Assembly: GCA_021808985.1 (NCBI GenBank)
Contig: JAKBAQ010000001.1
Span: forward strand, 1 to 49,284
Origin: Pseudomonadota bacterium
GTDB taxonomy: Bacteria; Pseudomonadota; Alphaproteobacteria; Acetobacterales; Acetobacteraceae
Direction of reading: 5' to 3'
Length of the DNA stretch: 49,284 bases
How positions within the stretch are numbered: the first letter of the stretch is position 1; the number at the start of each line of letters is the position of its first letter. The notes under the pieces are model-generated. The model ran no database searches. It was not told where the DNA came from and worked only from the letters and a program-made list of their open reading frames with translations. Positions 32,778 to 42,133 of this stretch are shown here, one piece after another. A program made the position numbers and the translations under genes.

Positions 32778-33744
32778 GAGAAACACCCCCATGCGCAATC
32801 TCATCGGCCTCGTCTCCGGCGCCGGAACGGACATGGACACACTGAACAACAACACCGCGCTGCTGGAGCATCAGGCCAGCATGTACCAGGCCATGCTGGC
32901 CGAGCAGCAAGCCGTGATACGCGAAACCCAGGCCGTGGTGCGCGAGCGCGAAGCCGCGGTGCGCGAGCGTGAGGCCGTGGTGCGCGAGCGCGAGGCGATT
33001 ATCGACTCCCTGCGCGCCGGGCAGGCCAGATCCTCCCTTATCGCCCCACCCCCCGCCGCCGAGGCTGATCTGCCGGCCTACATCACCGCCCTGCTGCCCC
33101 AGCTGGAAGGCTGGTGCACCCCCCGCAAGGCGCTCTGGCTCGCCGATCTCGTCTCGAACATGAGCGGCGGGCGCATCGGCGAGATCGGCGTATATGGCGG
33201 CCGGTCCCTCATCCCCATGGCCCTGGCCGCCCGCAACCGGCCCGATGCGATGGTCTACGCCGTCGAACCCTGGCGCAACAGCGTGGCGGTGGAACAGGCG
33301 ACCAGCCCGGAGAACGACCAATGGTGGCGCGAGGTCGATCTCGACAAGATCAAGCTCGGCTTCCTCACCGCCCTGGTTGATTGCGGGCTCACCAGCCTGG
33401 TGAAAATCATCGAGCTGCCCTCTGACGAAGCGCGCGGCGCCTTTCACGCAATGCGCGATTACCGCTTCGACCTTCTGCATGTTGACGGATCGCACGCACC
33501 CGGCCAGGCGCTGGCCGATGTGAAGAACTGGCTGCCCCTGGTCGCACCCGGCGGCATCCTGGTGCTTGATGATATCGGCTGGGAAACAGTCGCCTCCGCG
33601 CGTGACCATCTGCGCGCCACCTGCGACATTATCAGCGAAATCAGCGAAGAATCCGACATCTGCTACGGCGCATACCGCACGCGCGCAACGCCGCAGCCCC
33701 CATCCCATGCCTGGGAAAATCGGTTGAGCGAAGTCCTGGCCTGA
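32764..33744 (+). CDS. Class I SAM-dependent methyltransferase (Methyltransf_24-like) with N-terminal coiled coil
   Basis: [32 protein letters not shown]; GGAGG before ATG 32764. Confidence 0.82.
   Translation: MAELKRNTPMRNLIGLVSGAGTDMDTLNNNTALLEHQASMYQAMLAEQQAVIRETQAVVREREAAVREREAVVREREAIIDSLRAGQARSSLIAPPPAAEADLPAYITALLPQLEGWCTPRKALWLADLVSNMSGGRIGEIGVYGGRSLIPMALAARNRPDAMVYAVEPWRNSVAVEQATSPENDQWWREVDLDKIKLGFLTALVDCGLTSLVKIIELPSDEARGAFHAMRDYRFDLLHVDGSHAPGQALADVKNWLPLVAPGGILVLDDIGWETVASARDHLRATCDIISEISEESDICYGAYRTRATPQPPSHAWENRLSEVLA
32911..32994 (+). repeat. Four in-frame 21-bp heptad repeats
   Basis: Units such as GCCGTGGTGCGCGAGCGCGAG encode [28 protein letters not shown]. Confidence 0.9.
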
Positions 33745-33784
33745 AAAAAAACGCCCGCCCGAACATGGCGGCAGGAGAATCCCG

Positions 33785-35140
33785 ATGTCCGCTGACCGAC
33801 AAGCCAAACCCCGCCCCCGCATCGCCATCGTCAGCACCTATGACGAGCTGTGCGGCATCGCCGGCTACACCAGGGCGATCGAGAAACAACTTTCCCCCTA
33901 TGCCGATCTGCATATCTTTGATCTTGACCAATACCTGCTCAAGAGCACCCACCGGCGAATCCGCAAACTGGCCGATCAGCACATCCGCGAAATCGCCCGC
34001 TCCCTGCGTGACTATGACAGCGTGAACATCCAGCTCGAACACGGCACGCTGGGCCGCACCAGCGGTGACATCATCCGCCGCTTCCGCATCCTGGCCCGCG
34101 CCGCCCCGGCGCTTTGCGTCACCATGCACACGGTCCTCATCGGCGATGATCTGCCCTACGAACTTCTCGGCCGGCTGCTGCGCAAGGGCAAGATCATCGC
34201 CGCCCTCAAGGCCATCGGCGCGTCAGGCAAAAGCCGCATCATGAGCCACGGCATCCACGGCTATCTGCGCCGCCTGCAATGGCTCAAGCCCGTCTCGGTC
34301 ATCGTCCACGCCAAGCGGGACATGCGCATGATCCGCGACATATTCCGTCTCAAAAACGTATTCCACCACCCGCTTTCCTTCATCCCGCAAACCGAGGCAT
34401 GGGCCTTGCGCAACCGCACCCGCCGGACGGATTTCCCCCTGCTTGAAACCCTGCCCCCCGGCGCGAAGCTGGTCGGCACATTCGGCTTCCTCTCCTCCTA
34501 TAAGGGTTTTGAAACCGCGATCCGCGCCCTCAACTTCCTGCCCGAGGACCATCATCTGCTGATCTTCGGCGGCGTGCACCCGCAGGGCATCAAGCGCGAA
34601 CAGCTCATTGACCCCTACATCGCCAAACTCCTGCAAACCGCGCGCATCGGCCAAACCCCGCTCGACCATCTGCGTGAAACCGGCCTCACCCTCTCCCCGG
34701 TCGGCGATGTCACGCGGCTCATCAGCGAACACCCCGACACATTGCGCGCCCGCGTCCACTTCATGGGCGCGCTGTCCGATTCCGAATTCGCCGCCGCCAT
34801 GGCCCTCTGCGACGCGGCGGTTTTCCCCTATGTGGAGGTCGGGCAGTCCAGCTCCGGCCCCATTTCCATCGCGCTGGAAATGGGCACGCGGGTCATCGCC
34901 TCGCGCACCGCCGCCTTCCGCGCCTACGCGCGCTACCATCCCGATCTCATCGAGTTTTTTGACATCGGCAACTACGCGGAGCTGGCCGGGCGCATCGCCG
35001 CGCGCGGCCGCGCGGGCGCGCGCGTGCCCCAGCTCGCCTACAACACGCAAACCAACGCGCGGGTCTATCTGGAGGCCAATGGCTGCGCCTGGGCCTACAC
35101 CCAGGGCGAGGCCATGGCGCCGGGGCAGGCGGCGGAATGA
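33785..35140 (+). CDS. GT-B (GT4-like) glycosyltransferase
   Basis: IAIVSTY..CGIAGYT, GTFGFLSSYKG, FPY.EVGQSSSG. Confidence 0.78.
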   Translation: MSADRQAKPRPRIAIVSTYDELCGIAGYTRAIEKQLSPYADLHIFDLDQYLLKSTHRRIRKLADQHIREIARSLRDYDSVNIQLEHGTLGRTSGDIIRRFRILARAAPALCVTMHTVLIGDDLPYELLGRLLRKGKIIAALKAIGASGKSRIMSHGIHGYLRRLQWLKPVSVIVHAKRDMRMIRDIFRLKNVFHHPLSFIPQTEAWALRNRTRRTDFPLLETLPPGAKLVGTFGFLSSYKGFETAIRALNFLPEDHHLLIFGGVHPQGIKREQLIDPYIAKLLQTARIGQTPLDHLRETGLTLSPVGDVTRLISEHPDTLRARVHFMGALSDSEFAAAMALCDAAVFPYVEVGQSSSGPISIALEMGTRVIASRTAAFRAYARYHPDLIEFFDIGNYAELAGRIAARGRAGARVPQLAYNTQTNARVYLEANGCAWAYTQGEAMAPGQAAE

Positions 35141-36264
35141 GCAGCCTGTCCGCCACCCGCCGCCATTGCCTGCGGCTGCTCATGCTGGGCGGCGGCGCGC
35201 TGCTCACCGGCTGCGCCGCCCTGCCGCAAGCCGGCCCCTCCACCGGCGCGGTCATCAACAGCGGCACGCCCGCCCAAACCCCCGCCGGCGATTCAGGCTA
35301 TCATTTCATCCCCCTCACCGAGGATACCGCCCGCGCCCTCAACCAGACAGCAGGCGATAACGCCGCCGCCACCGCCCTGCGCGCCTTCGCCGCATTGCCC
35401 CCCGCCGCGCCGCTCGGGCGCATCGGCATCGGCGATCTCCTGCACATCACCCTCTGGGAGCCCAACCCCGAGGGCACGACATTGCTCTCCCCGCCGGGGC
35501 TCGATGTCTCATTGCGGGTTGACCCATCAGGCATGGTGGAGCTGCCCTATGTCGGCGCGCTCAGCGTCGCCGGGCGCACGCCGCTTGCGGTGGAGCGCGC
35601 CATCATGGCCGTGCTGGCGGGGCAGGGGCATGACATTCAGGCCGCCGTGCTGGACTCTCAATCCGTCTCCGGCACGGTCATCGTGCAGGGCGAGGCCGCC
35701 CATCCCGGCGCCTACCCGCTCACCCCCGGCGCGCGCACCCTGCTGGACCTCATCGCCCTCGCGGGCGGCTCCCGCCTGGCGGACTACAACACAATCGTGC
35801 GCATCAACCGCGGCGGCGCGCAGGCGCAAGCCCCGCTCAGCGCCATAACCGCAACTGCCGCGCTGGACATTCCAGCCGCCCCCGGAGACTCCATCCTCCT
35901 CCTGCCCCGCCACCTGCAGTTTTACGCGTTCGGCGCCGTCAACCACCCCGGCCTCTTCCCGTATGACAGCGCGAACATCACCCTGGTGGAGGCCCTGGCC
36001 GATATTTACGGCCTGCAGGATAATCTGGCCGCCCCGCGCGGCGTCTTCATCTACCGCCGCCAGCCCGCCGCCGCGCAAAGCGTCTACCAGCTGGATCTCA
36101 GCCAGGCCGAAGGCTTCTTCATCGCCGATCTCTTCATCGTGCGCCCCGGCGACGTCATTTATGTCAGCGACGCACCGGTCGCTGATGTCTCCAAGGTTCT
36201 GCAAACCATCTCCGGGGTCAGCGGCCTCGCCGCCGTCCCCCGGAATTTCGGCGCCGGATACTGA
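35137..36264 (+). CDS. OPX-family polysaccharide export outer-membrane lipoprotein (BexD/WcbC/KpsD-like)
   Basis: Lipobox LTGC, IGIGDLLHITLWE, G.VELPYVG, SLBB repeats, PGDVIYVS. Confidence 0.88.
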   Translation: MSSLSATRRHCLRLLMLGGGALLTGCAALPQAGPSTGAVINSGTPAQTPAGDSGYHFIPLTEDTARALNQTAGDNAAATALRAFAALPPAAPLGRIGIGDLLHITLWEPNPEGTTLLSPPGLDVSLRVDPSGMVELPYVGALSVAGRTPLAVERAIMAVLAGQGHDIQAAVLDSQSVSGTVIVQGEAAHPGAYPLTPGARTLLDLIALAGGSRLADYNTIVRINRGGAQAQAPLSAITATAALDIPAAPGDSILLLPRHLQFYAFGAVNHPGLFPYDSANITLVEALADIYGLQDNLAAPRGVFIYRRQPAAAQSVYQLDLSQAEGFFIADLFIVRPGDVIYVSDAPVADVSKVLQTISGVSGLAAVPRNFGAGY

Positions 36265-37871
36265 TGACAGACGACCCATTCACCGCTTCAGCTGAAGCTG
36301 AAACTGAAATAGAGTCCGTTCGGCGCGACCGGCGGAATCTCCCCGCCCTGCGCGCGCGGGCGGAAATTCTCTTCGCCGCCGGCCAGCACGATGCCGCCGT
36401 AACCCTGCTGCGCACGGCTGACACGCTGGCCCCCGAGGATGTCCTGACCCTGCGCACCCTTAGCGGCTTTCTCGCCGCCATGGGGCAGGTGGCGGAGGCA
36501 ACCTCGCTCGCCCACCGCGCCGTGGCGCTGGCGCCCGAGGCGGCGGAGCCCCGTCTGCATCTGGCCTCGCTGCACCTGGCGCAGCGGCAATATGCCGAGG
36601 CCATCGCGCAGCTGCTCGCTTATGTCAGCCATGGCCACGCCACGGCGGCGGGCTGGCACATGCTCGCGGTGGCCATGGCGGCCTCGGCCCAGCCCAGCAA
36701 AGCCATCGAGGCCATCCGCCACGCCGTTGAAATCGAGCCCGCCAACGCCGATTACCGTCTGCATCTGGCCTCGCTGCTCACCTCACGGGCGCGCTATGGC
36801 GACGCCCTCACCGAGCTTGGCATCGCCGCCACCCTTTTCCCCGCCGATGCCCGCATCCCCCGCGCGGCCAGCGGCAATCATGAGGCTCTGGGCGATCTCA
36901 GCGCCGCCTACCATGAAGCCGCCCGCGCCCGCGCCCTGGCGCCCGGCGATGCCGAAATCGCGCGCCACTTCACGCACCTCGCCAAGCAGGTCGGCCTGCC
37001 CACCCCCTCGGTTGACCATGCCCTGGCGCAAACCCTCGCCGGCTGGAGCCTCGCGCGCACCCGCAAACAGCCGCCCGCCCGCCCGCGCGGCCTCGTCCCG
37101 CTCATCGCCGCGCGCTGGCGCATCATCCACGCCCTGCTCCTGCGCGACATGCGCACCCGCCACAGCCGCGCCCATCTCGGCTATCTCTGGGCCATTTTTG
37201 AGCCGATTTCGCATCTTCTCACTCTGGGTGTGATGTTCGCCCTCATAAACCAGGGCCCGCCGCCGGTCGGCGCCAGCCTGTTCGAATATTACTGCACGGG
37301 CCTGCTGCCATATCTGATGTTCTCGCACATCGCCACCGAGGTGATGACCGCGCGCACCGCCAGCACCGCCGTGCTCATGCTGCCCAGCATCCGCGCCACT
37401 GATGTCATTTTCGCCAAAACCCTGCTCAACCTCCTCACCGAGATCGTGGTCGGCATCCTGGTCTTCGCCGCGTTCGGCGCCGCCGGCTACCGTGCGTTCC
37501 CGGCCCATCTCTTCACCTGCGCCGCCGCCATCCTGCTGCTCGCCGGCCTCGCCATGGGCATCGGCGCCATCAACATGGTGGTCCAGAACTTCTTCCACTC
37601 CTGGGAAACCATTTTCGCCTCCCTCGTGCGCCTGCTCTATTTCTCCTCCGGAATTTACTATTCGCCCATCTCCATGCCAGACTATGCGCGCGCCTTCCTG
37701 GAATGGAACCCGATCCTCCAAGGCGTTGAGATTTTCCGCTCCGGCTTCTACCCGCAATATCATCCCTTTTGGCTCCAGGCGCGCTATCTCGTGGCCTGGG
37801 TGCTGCTCAGCCTGCTGCTCGGCCTGGGCCTGGAGCAGGCGCTGCGCAAACGCCTGCGGCACCCGGCATGA
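36264..37871 (+). CDS. TPR-repeat domain fused to KpsM/Wzm-type capsule ABC permease
   Basis: About 240 aa of 34-residue helical repeats, then ALLLRDMRTR..LGYLWAIFEP, SGIYY, WNPI..GVEIFRSGF. Confidence 0.85.
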   Translation: MTDDPFTASAEAETEIESVRRDRRNLPALRARAEILFAAGQHDAAVTLLRTADTLAPEDVLTLRTLSGFLAAMGQVAEATSLAHRAVALAPEAAEPRLHLASLHLAQRQYAEAIAQLLAYVSHGHATAAGWHMLAVAMAASAQPSKAIEAIRHAVEIEPANADYRLHLASLLTSRARYGDALTELGIAATLFPADARIPRAASGNHEALGDLSAAYHEAARARALAPGDAEIARHFTHLAKQVGLPTPSVDHALAQTLAGWSLARTRKQPPARPRGLVPLIAARWRIIHALLLRDMRTRHSRAHLGYLWAIFEPISHLLTLGVMFALINQGPPPVGASLFEYYCTGLLPYLMFSHIATEVMTARTASTAVLMLPSIRATDVIFAKTLLNLLTEIVVGILVFAAFGAAGYRAFPAHLFTCAAAILLLAGLAMGIGAINMVVQNFFHSWETIFASLVRLLYFSSGIYYSPISMPDYARAFLEWNPILQGVEIFRSGFYPQYHPFWLQARYLVAWVLLSLLLGLGLEQALRKRLRHPA

Positions 37872-38530
37872 TCATGCTGCGCAACGCCCGCAAAATCCAC
37901 AAAACCGGCCATGAGCGCCGCGTTATCCTTGATAACGTCACCCTGGCCCTCCCGGCTGGCCGCAGCATCGGCGTGCTTGGCGCCAACGGCGCGGGCAAAT
38001 CCACCCTGGTCCGGCTCATCGCCGGGGTGGAAAGGCTGGATAGCGGCTCCATCCAGCGCGCGGGCAGCGTCAGCTTTCCGCTGGGCTTCGGCGGCACATT
38101 CCACCCCCATCTCAGCGGGCGGGAAAATATCCGCTTCCTCGCAAGGGTCTACAACACGCCCGAGGCCGCCGCCCTGGACTATGTGGAGCGTTTCGCCGAG
38201 CTGGGCGGTTATTTCCGCGAGAAAGTGGGCACCTATTCCTCCGGCATGCTGGCGCGCCTCGCCTTTGGCGCCTGCCTCGCCATCACGTTTGATCTATATC
38301 TCATCGACGAAGTAACCGCCGTGGGCGACGCGCGCTTCCGCCGCAAATGCCTGGAAGCCTTCGAGGAGCGCGCCGCGATGTCCGACGTGCTGATCGTCTC
38401 GCATGACGAAGGCACCATCCGCGCCTGGTGCGACATGGGGGCCGTCCTCAGCCACGGGCGATTGGAATTGTTTGACGATCTGAACGCCGCGATCGAACGG
38501 CACCGCCAATGCCAGCTTGGCGGCGGATGA
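37868..38530 (+). CDS. kpsT: Capsule ABC transporter ATPase (KpsT/Wzt, no C-terminal CBM)
   Basis: GANGAGKST, YSSGM, YLIDE..AVGD, VSH. Confidence 0.9.
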   Translation: MIMLRNARKIHKTGHERRVILDNVTLALPAGRSIGVLGANGAGKSTLVRLIAGVERLDSGSIQRAGSVSFPLGFGGTFHPHLSGRENIRFLARVYNTPEAAALDYVERFAELGGYFREKVGTYSSGMLARLAFGACLAITFDLYLIDEVTAVGDARFRRKCLEAFEERAAMSDVLIVSHDEGTIRAWCDMGAVLSHGRLELFDDLNAAIERHRQCQLGGG

Positions 38531-38547
38531 ACGGCAAGGAGAAAATC

Positions 38548-39765
38548 ATGAACGTTGATGATCTGGTCGGCCGCGCCGCCACCACGCCGCGGCCTGAAAC
38601 CCGCCCAGCCCCCGCCCGCGCGCCCGGCGCTGCCGCGCCCCCCCAACCCCTGCGCCAGCGCCTGCGCGGGCATGTGCGGCTGGTCTCTTTCCTGGCCTGC
38701 GTCGTGCTGCCTGGCCTGCTCGCCGGCGGTTATGAATATGGCTGCGCCAGTAGCCAGTATGTCAGCGAGTTCAAACTCGTCGTGCGCCAGCAGGCGCCGC
38801 AGACAAGCGGGCAAACCTCCATCCTCTCGGCCCTTGGCGGCGGCAACCCGATGCTGGCCATGGTCGAGGATTCCGAAGTTGTGCAGCAATATATCCGCAG
38901 CCACCAGATCCTGGCCGACCTCGCCCCCCGCCTCTCGCTTGACCATATCTTCGCCACCCCCCGGGCTGACTGGTTCAGCCGCCTCACACCCGGCCAGCCG
39001 CCGGAGACCCAGTTGCTGTACTGGCAATCCATGGTCCACCCGTATTTTGATCTCAGCTCAGGCGTCATCACCGTGCGCGTGCGCGCCTTCAGCCCGCCTG
39101 ACGCGCTCAAACTCGCCCAGGCGGTGCTCTCCTGCTCGCGCGCGCTGGTCAACCAGATGTCCCTGCAAGCCCGGCAAAATTCCCTGGCCTATGCCGAGCA
39201 AACCGCGAATGCCGCCCAGGCCGTCCTGCTCACCGATGAAACCAGCCTCGCCAGCTACCGCAACCGCTACGATGTGCTCTTCCCCGAGATGACCGCCGCC
39301 GCCACCTCCTCGGTGGATGAAGGTCTGAGCAGCCGCCTCGCGCAGGATCAGGCAACCCTGGCCTCGCTCACCAGCCTTGGCCAGACCGATGCCTCCCCCC
39401 AGGTGCGCACCTTGCGCGCCCGCATCACGGCCATGCAGGCGCAAATCAACCACGTGGGCGGCGCGCTGGCCGGCGGCGGCGGCGCGCAAACCCTGGCGAG
39501 CGTGCTGAGCGGCTATGACACGCTGATGCAAAAGCAGCAGCTCGATGAGGAACTCTACAGCAGCGATCTCATTAATCTGCAAAACGCCCGCAACGTCGCG
39601 GCGCAGCGCTCGGTGTATCTGGAAACCTTCGTCCAGCCCAACCTGCCGGTCGCCTCCCTTTATCCGGTGCGCTGGCTCGCCACGGCTGAAACCGTGCTGG
39701 CCGGCTTCATCGCCTGGGTGCTGCTCACGCTGGTCGCCAGCATCATCCGCGACCAGTTGGACTGA
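38548..39765 (+). CDS. kpsE: Capsule export inner-membrane adaptor (KpsE/WcbD, PCP-3)
   Basis: N-terminal TM, YVSEF, YIRS, VRAFSP.DA, coiled coil, P.LP....YP.R, C-terminal TM; AAGGAG RBS. Confidence 0.85.
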   Translation: MNVDDLVGRAATTPRPETRPAPARAPGAAAPPQPLRQRLRGHVRLVSFLACVVLPGLLAGGYEYGCASSQYVSEFKLVVRQQAPQTSGQTSILSALGGGNPMLAMVEDSEVVQQYIRSHQILADLAPRLSLDHIFATPRADWFSRLTPGQPPETQLLYWQSMVHPYFDLSSGVITVRVRAFSPPDALKLAQAVLSCSRALVNQMSLQARQNSLAYAEQTANAAQAVLLTDETSLASYRNRYDVLFPEMTAAATSSVDEGLSSRLAQDQATLASLTSLGQTDASPQVRTLRARITAMQAQINHVGGALAGGGGAQTLASVLSGYDTLMQKQQLDEELYSSDLINLQNARNVAAQRSVYLETFVQPNLPVASLYPVRWLATAETVLAGFIAWVLLTLVASIIRDQLD

Positions 39766-40994
39766 ACCGCCGGCCGGCGCGGCTCCACGCGGGCGGCGAA
39801 GTCCAGCACCGCCGCCATATGCTCGCTCCATGCCGGCGCCCGCCAGCCCGCCAGCCGCGCCTTCTGCGCCGCCCGCGCCGCGCTCTGGGGCGGCACATAG
39901 TCCATGATCATGCGCATCCAGGCCGGCCCATCCAGCGGGTCGAGAAATTCCGGCACCCCCTTGCCAATTTCCCGGTGCGCGCCAAGGTCGCTGCACAGCA
40001 CCGGCACCCCCATGGCGAGCGCCTCCACAATCGGCAGGCCATAGCCCTCCGCGAAGGACGGCATCAGCAGCGCCCGCGCCCCCGCGAGAATACCGGCCAG
40101 CTCACCATCCCCCACCATGCCGTGCTCATGCACATGGCCGGCAATGTCGCCGCAGCGCTCCAGAATATCGACGATCTGCTCATTCTCCCAGCCGCGCCGG
40201 CCGACGATATGCAGGTCCGGCGCGCCGATTCCATATTCGCGCACCAGGCGCCGCCATATATGCAGCAGCAGCAAATGGTTCTTGCGCGGCTCAATGGTCC
40301 CGAGCATCACGAAATAGGCCGAGCCCGGCGCCATCGCGGCGGGTGCCGTGAGTATCCTGGTCCCCAGCGCGATGGTGGCGATCGGCAGCCGCGGAATATG
40401 CTTGCGCAAGGCCAGCGTGGTCGATTCCGAGTTGGAAATAATGCCATCGGCATGGGCGGCGATGGTCCGCAGCCGCGCGCGGTGGTGCCCAACCCAGGCG
40501 GGCGGCACATATTCGGGCATTTCCAGCGGAATCAGGTCATGCACCAGGGGAATGAACACAGCGCCGGTGCGCGCCGTCATCCGCCCCACGCGGTCCACCA
40601 GATGCAGCGGATGGTTGGAGACGTTGATATAAGTCGGCCGCGCGCCGCCACGGTAGCGGGGCAGGGCAGGGGCGGTGAAGATACTGCGCAGCAGCCCTTG
40701 CAGCGCGCGCCGGCTCACCCCGGCCATGTCCCCCGCGCGCCAGGCCGGCCCTATCTCCCGCACCAGCACCCGCGCCGGCGCCCGCGGCATGGCGCGGAAC
40801 GAGCCGCGCCAATAATCATACGCCACAAACCGCGCCTGCTCCGGCACGGCGTCCAGCAGCTGCTCGGCATAGGCAATCTCCACCCGGTCTATGCCCGTTA
40901 TCTTGCCCCGGAAAACGCGGTACAGAAGGCGTGAGATATCAAGCCACACCTCGCCCTCGGGCGTGCGCGGGCCGCCATAGTCCGATCCGGTCAT
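39660..40994 (-). CDS. GT4 capsule glycosyltransferase (WcbB-like)
   Basis: LDISRL..TGIDRVE.AY, HDLIP...PEY, GTIEPRKNH, PSFAEGYGLP.VEAL. Confidence 0.85.
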   Translation of the reverse strand: MTGSDYGGPRTPEGEVWLDISRLLYRVFRGKITGIDRVEIAYAEQLLDAVPEQARFVAYDYWRGSFRAMPRAPARVLVREIGPAWRAGDMAGVSRRALQGLLRSIFTAPALPRYRGGARPTYINVSNHPLHLVDRVGRMTARTGAVFIPLVHDLIPLEMPEYVPPAWVGHHRARLRTIAAHADGIISNSESTTLALRKHIPRLPIATIALGTRILTAPAAMAPGSAYFVMLGTIEPRKNHLLLLHIWRRLVREYGIGAPDLHIVGRRGWENEQIVDILERCGDIAGHVHEHGMVGDGELAGILAGARALLMPSFAEGYGLPIVEALAMGVPVLCSDLGAHREIGKGVPEFLDPLDGPAWMRMIMDYVPPQSAARAAQKARLAGWRAPAWSEHMAAVLDFAARVEPRRPAVQSNWSRMMLATSVSSTQAMKPASTVSAVASQRTG

Positions 40995-41161
40995 GTCCTG
41001 TCTCTCCGCTCGGTGCCGTGAATGAATCTCTATCCGAATATCATGCGCGATAGATTAACATTTATTGAATTATATAAGCCCGAGAGCAAAGAAAAACCGT
41101 TTTGTTAACGGATTGTGTTTTTTCGCCGCGCGCCATCCGCGCGCGGCGCCGCCCCTTGGCG

Positions 41162-41935
41162 TTATTTCTCCACGAACGCCTTCTCAATCACGAACTCACC
41201 CGCGCCGTGGTGGCTGCCCTCATGGAATCCCCGCCCCAGCAGGAACTGGTGCAGATCGTTGAGCATATGCGGGCTGCCGCACAGCATCACGCGGTCGGTT
41301 TCCTTGTTCAGCCGCTCCAGGCCCAGGTCCGCCTCCAGCTTGCCGGTCTCCAGCAGCGTGGTTATCCGCCCCATATTGCGGAACGGCTCGCGCGTCACGG
41401 TCGGGTAGTAGAGCAGCTTTTCCGCCGCCAGCTCGCCGAAGAACTCATGCTCGCGCAAATTGTCGACGATCATCTCCCCATAGCCCAGCTCCGCGATGGT
41501 GCGGCAGCCATGCACCAGCACCACATGCTCGTAGCGCTCATAGGTGTCCGGGTCCTTGATGATGCTGACAAACGGCGCCAGCCCGGTGCCCGTGCCCAGC
41601 AGATACAGCGTCTTGCCGGGGCGCAGATTGTCCTGAATCAGCGTGCCGGTCGGCTTGCCGCCCACCAGCACCTCATCGCCGACGGCGAGCTTCTGCAAAT
41701 GCGAGGTCAGCGGCCCGTCCGGCACCTTGATGGAGAAAAACTCCAGCTGCTCCTCATGGTTGGCGTTGCACATCGAATAGGCGCGCAACAGCGGCCGGCC
41801 GTTTATCTTCAGGCCGATCATGGTGAACTGCCCGCTGATGAAGCGGAACCCCGGATCGCGGGTCGCGGTGAAGCTGAAAAGCGTGTCCGTCCAGTGCCGG
41901 ACGGTCAGCACCGTCTCGGTATACATCGTCGCCAA
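41162..41935 (-). CDS. fpr: Ferredoxin--NADP(+) reductase
   Basis: RAYS, GPLTS, GTGTGLAPF, VTREP, MLCGS, EKAF; TTG start with AGGAG RBS. Confidence 0.95.
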   Translation of the reverse strand: MATMYTETVLTVRHWTDTLFSFTATRDPGFRFISGQFTMIGLKINGRPLLRAYSMCNANHEEQLEFFSIKVPDGPLTSHLQKLAVGDEVLVGGKPTGTLIQDNLRPGKTLYLLGTGTGLAPFVSIIKDPDTYERYEHVVLVHGCRTIAELGYGEMIVDNLREHEFFGELAAEKLLYYPTVTREPFRNMGRITTLLETGKLEADLGLERLNKETDRVMLCGSPHMLNDLHQFLLGRGFHEGSHHGAGEFVIEKAFVEK

Positions 41936-42133
41936 TTTATTGCTCCTAGAGAAGTCGTCGCGCGTGACTTAGACGCCCCAGGCCGAAATGTTAACCGTTC
42001 TTTTGGGCATTCCAGCCCGTCGCGCGGCGGGGTTATGCCCCGATTCCGGCGCAAAAACAGGCCCCGGAGGATGAAATTGGCTTTTCCCCCGTCTTTACGC
42101 TAAATCCCTCTCTATTCAGGAACGGGTGAGAAA

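Noticed and set aside
32911-32994. 21-bp repeats as a CRISPR array
   Set aside because: They are contiguous in-frame coding repeats with no spacers and no cas genes.
29701-41000. tRNA-Leu as integration site for the capsule locus
   Set aside because: Core maeB follows the tRNA directly; I saw no integrase or duplicated tRNA 3' end.
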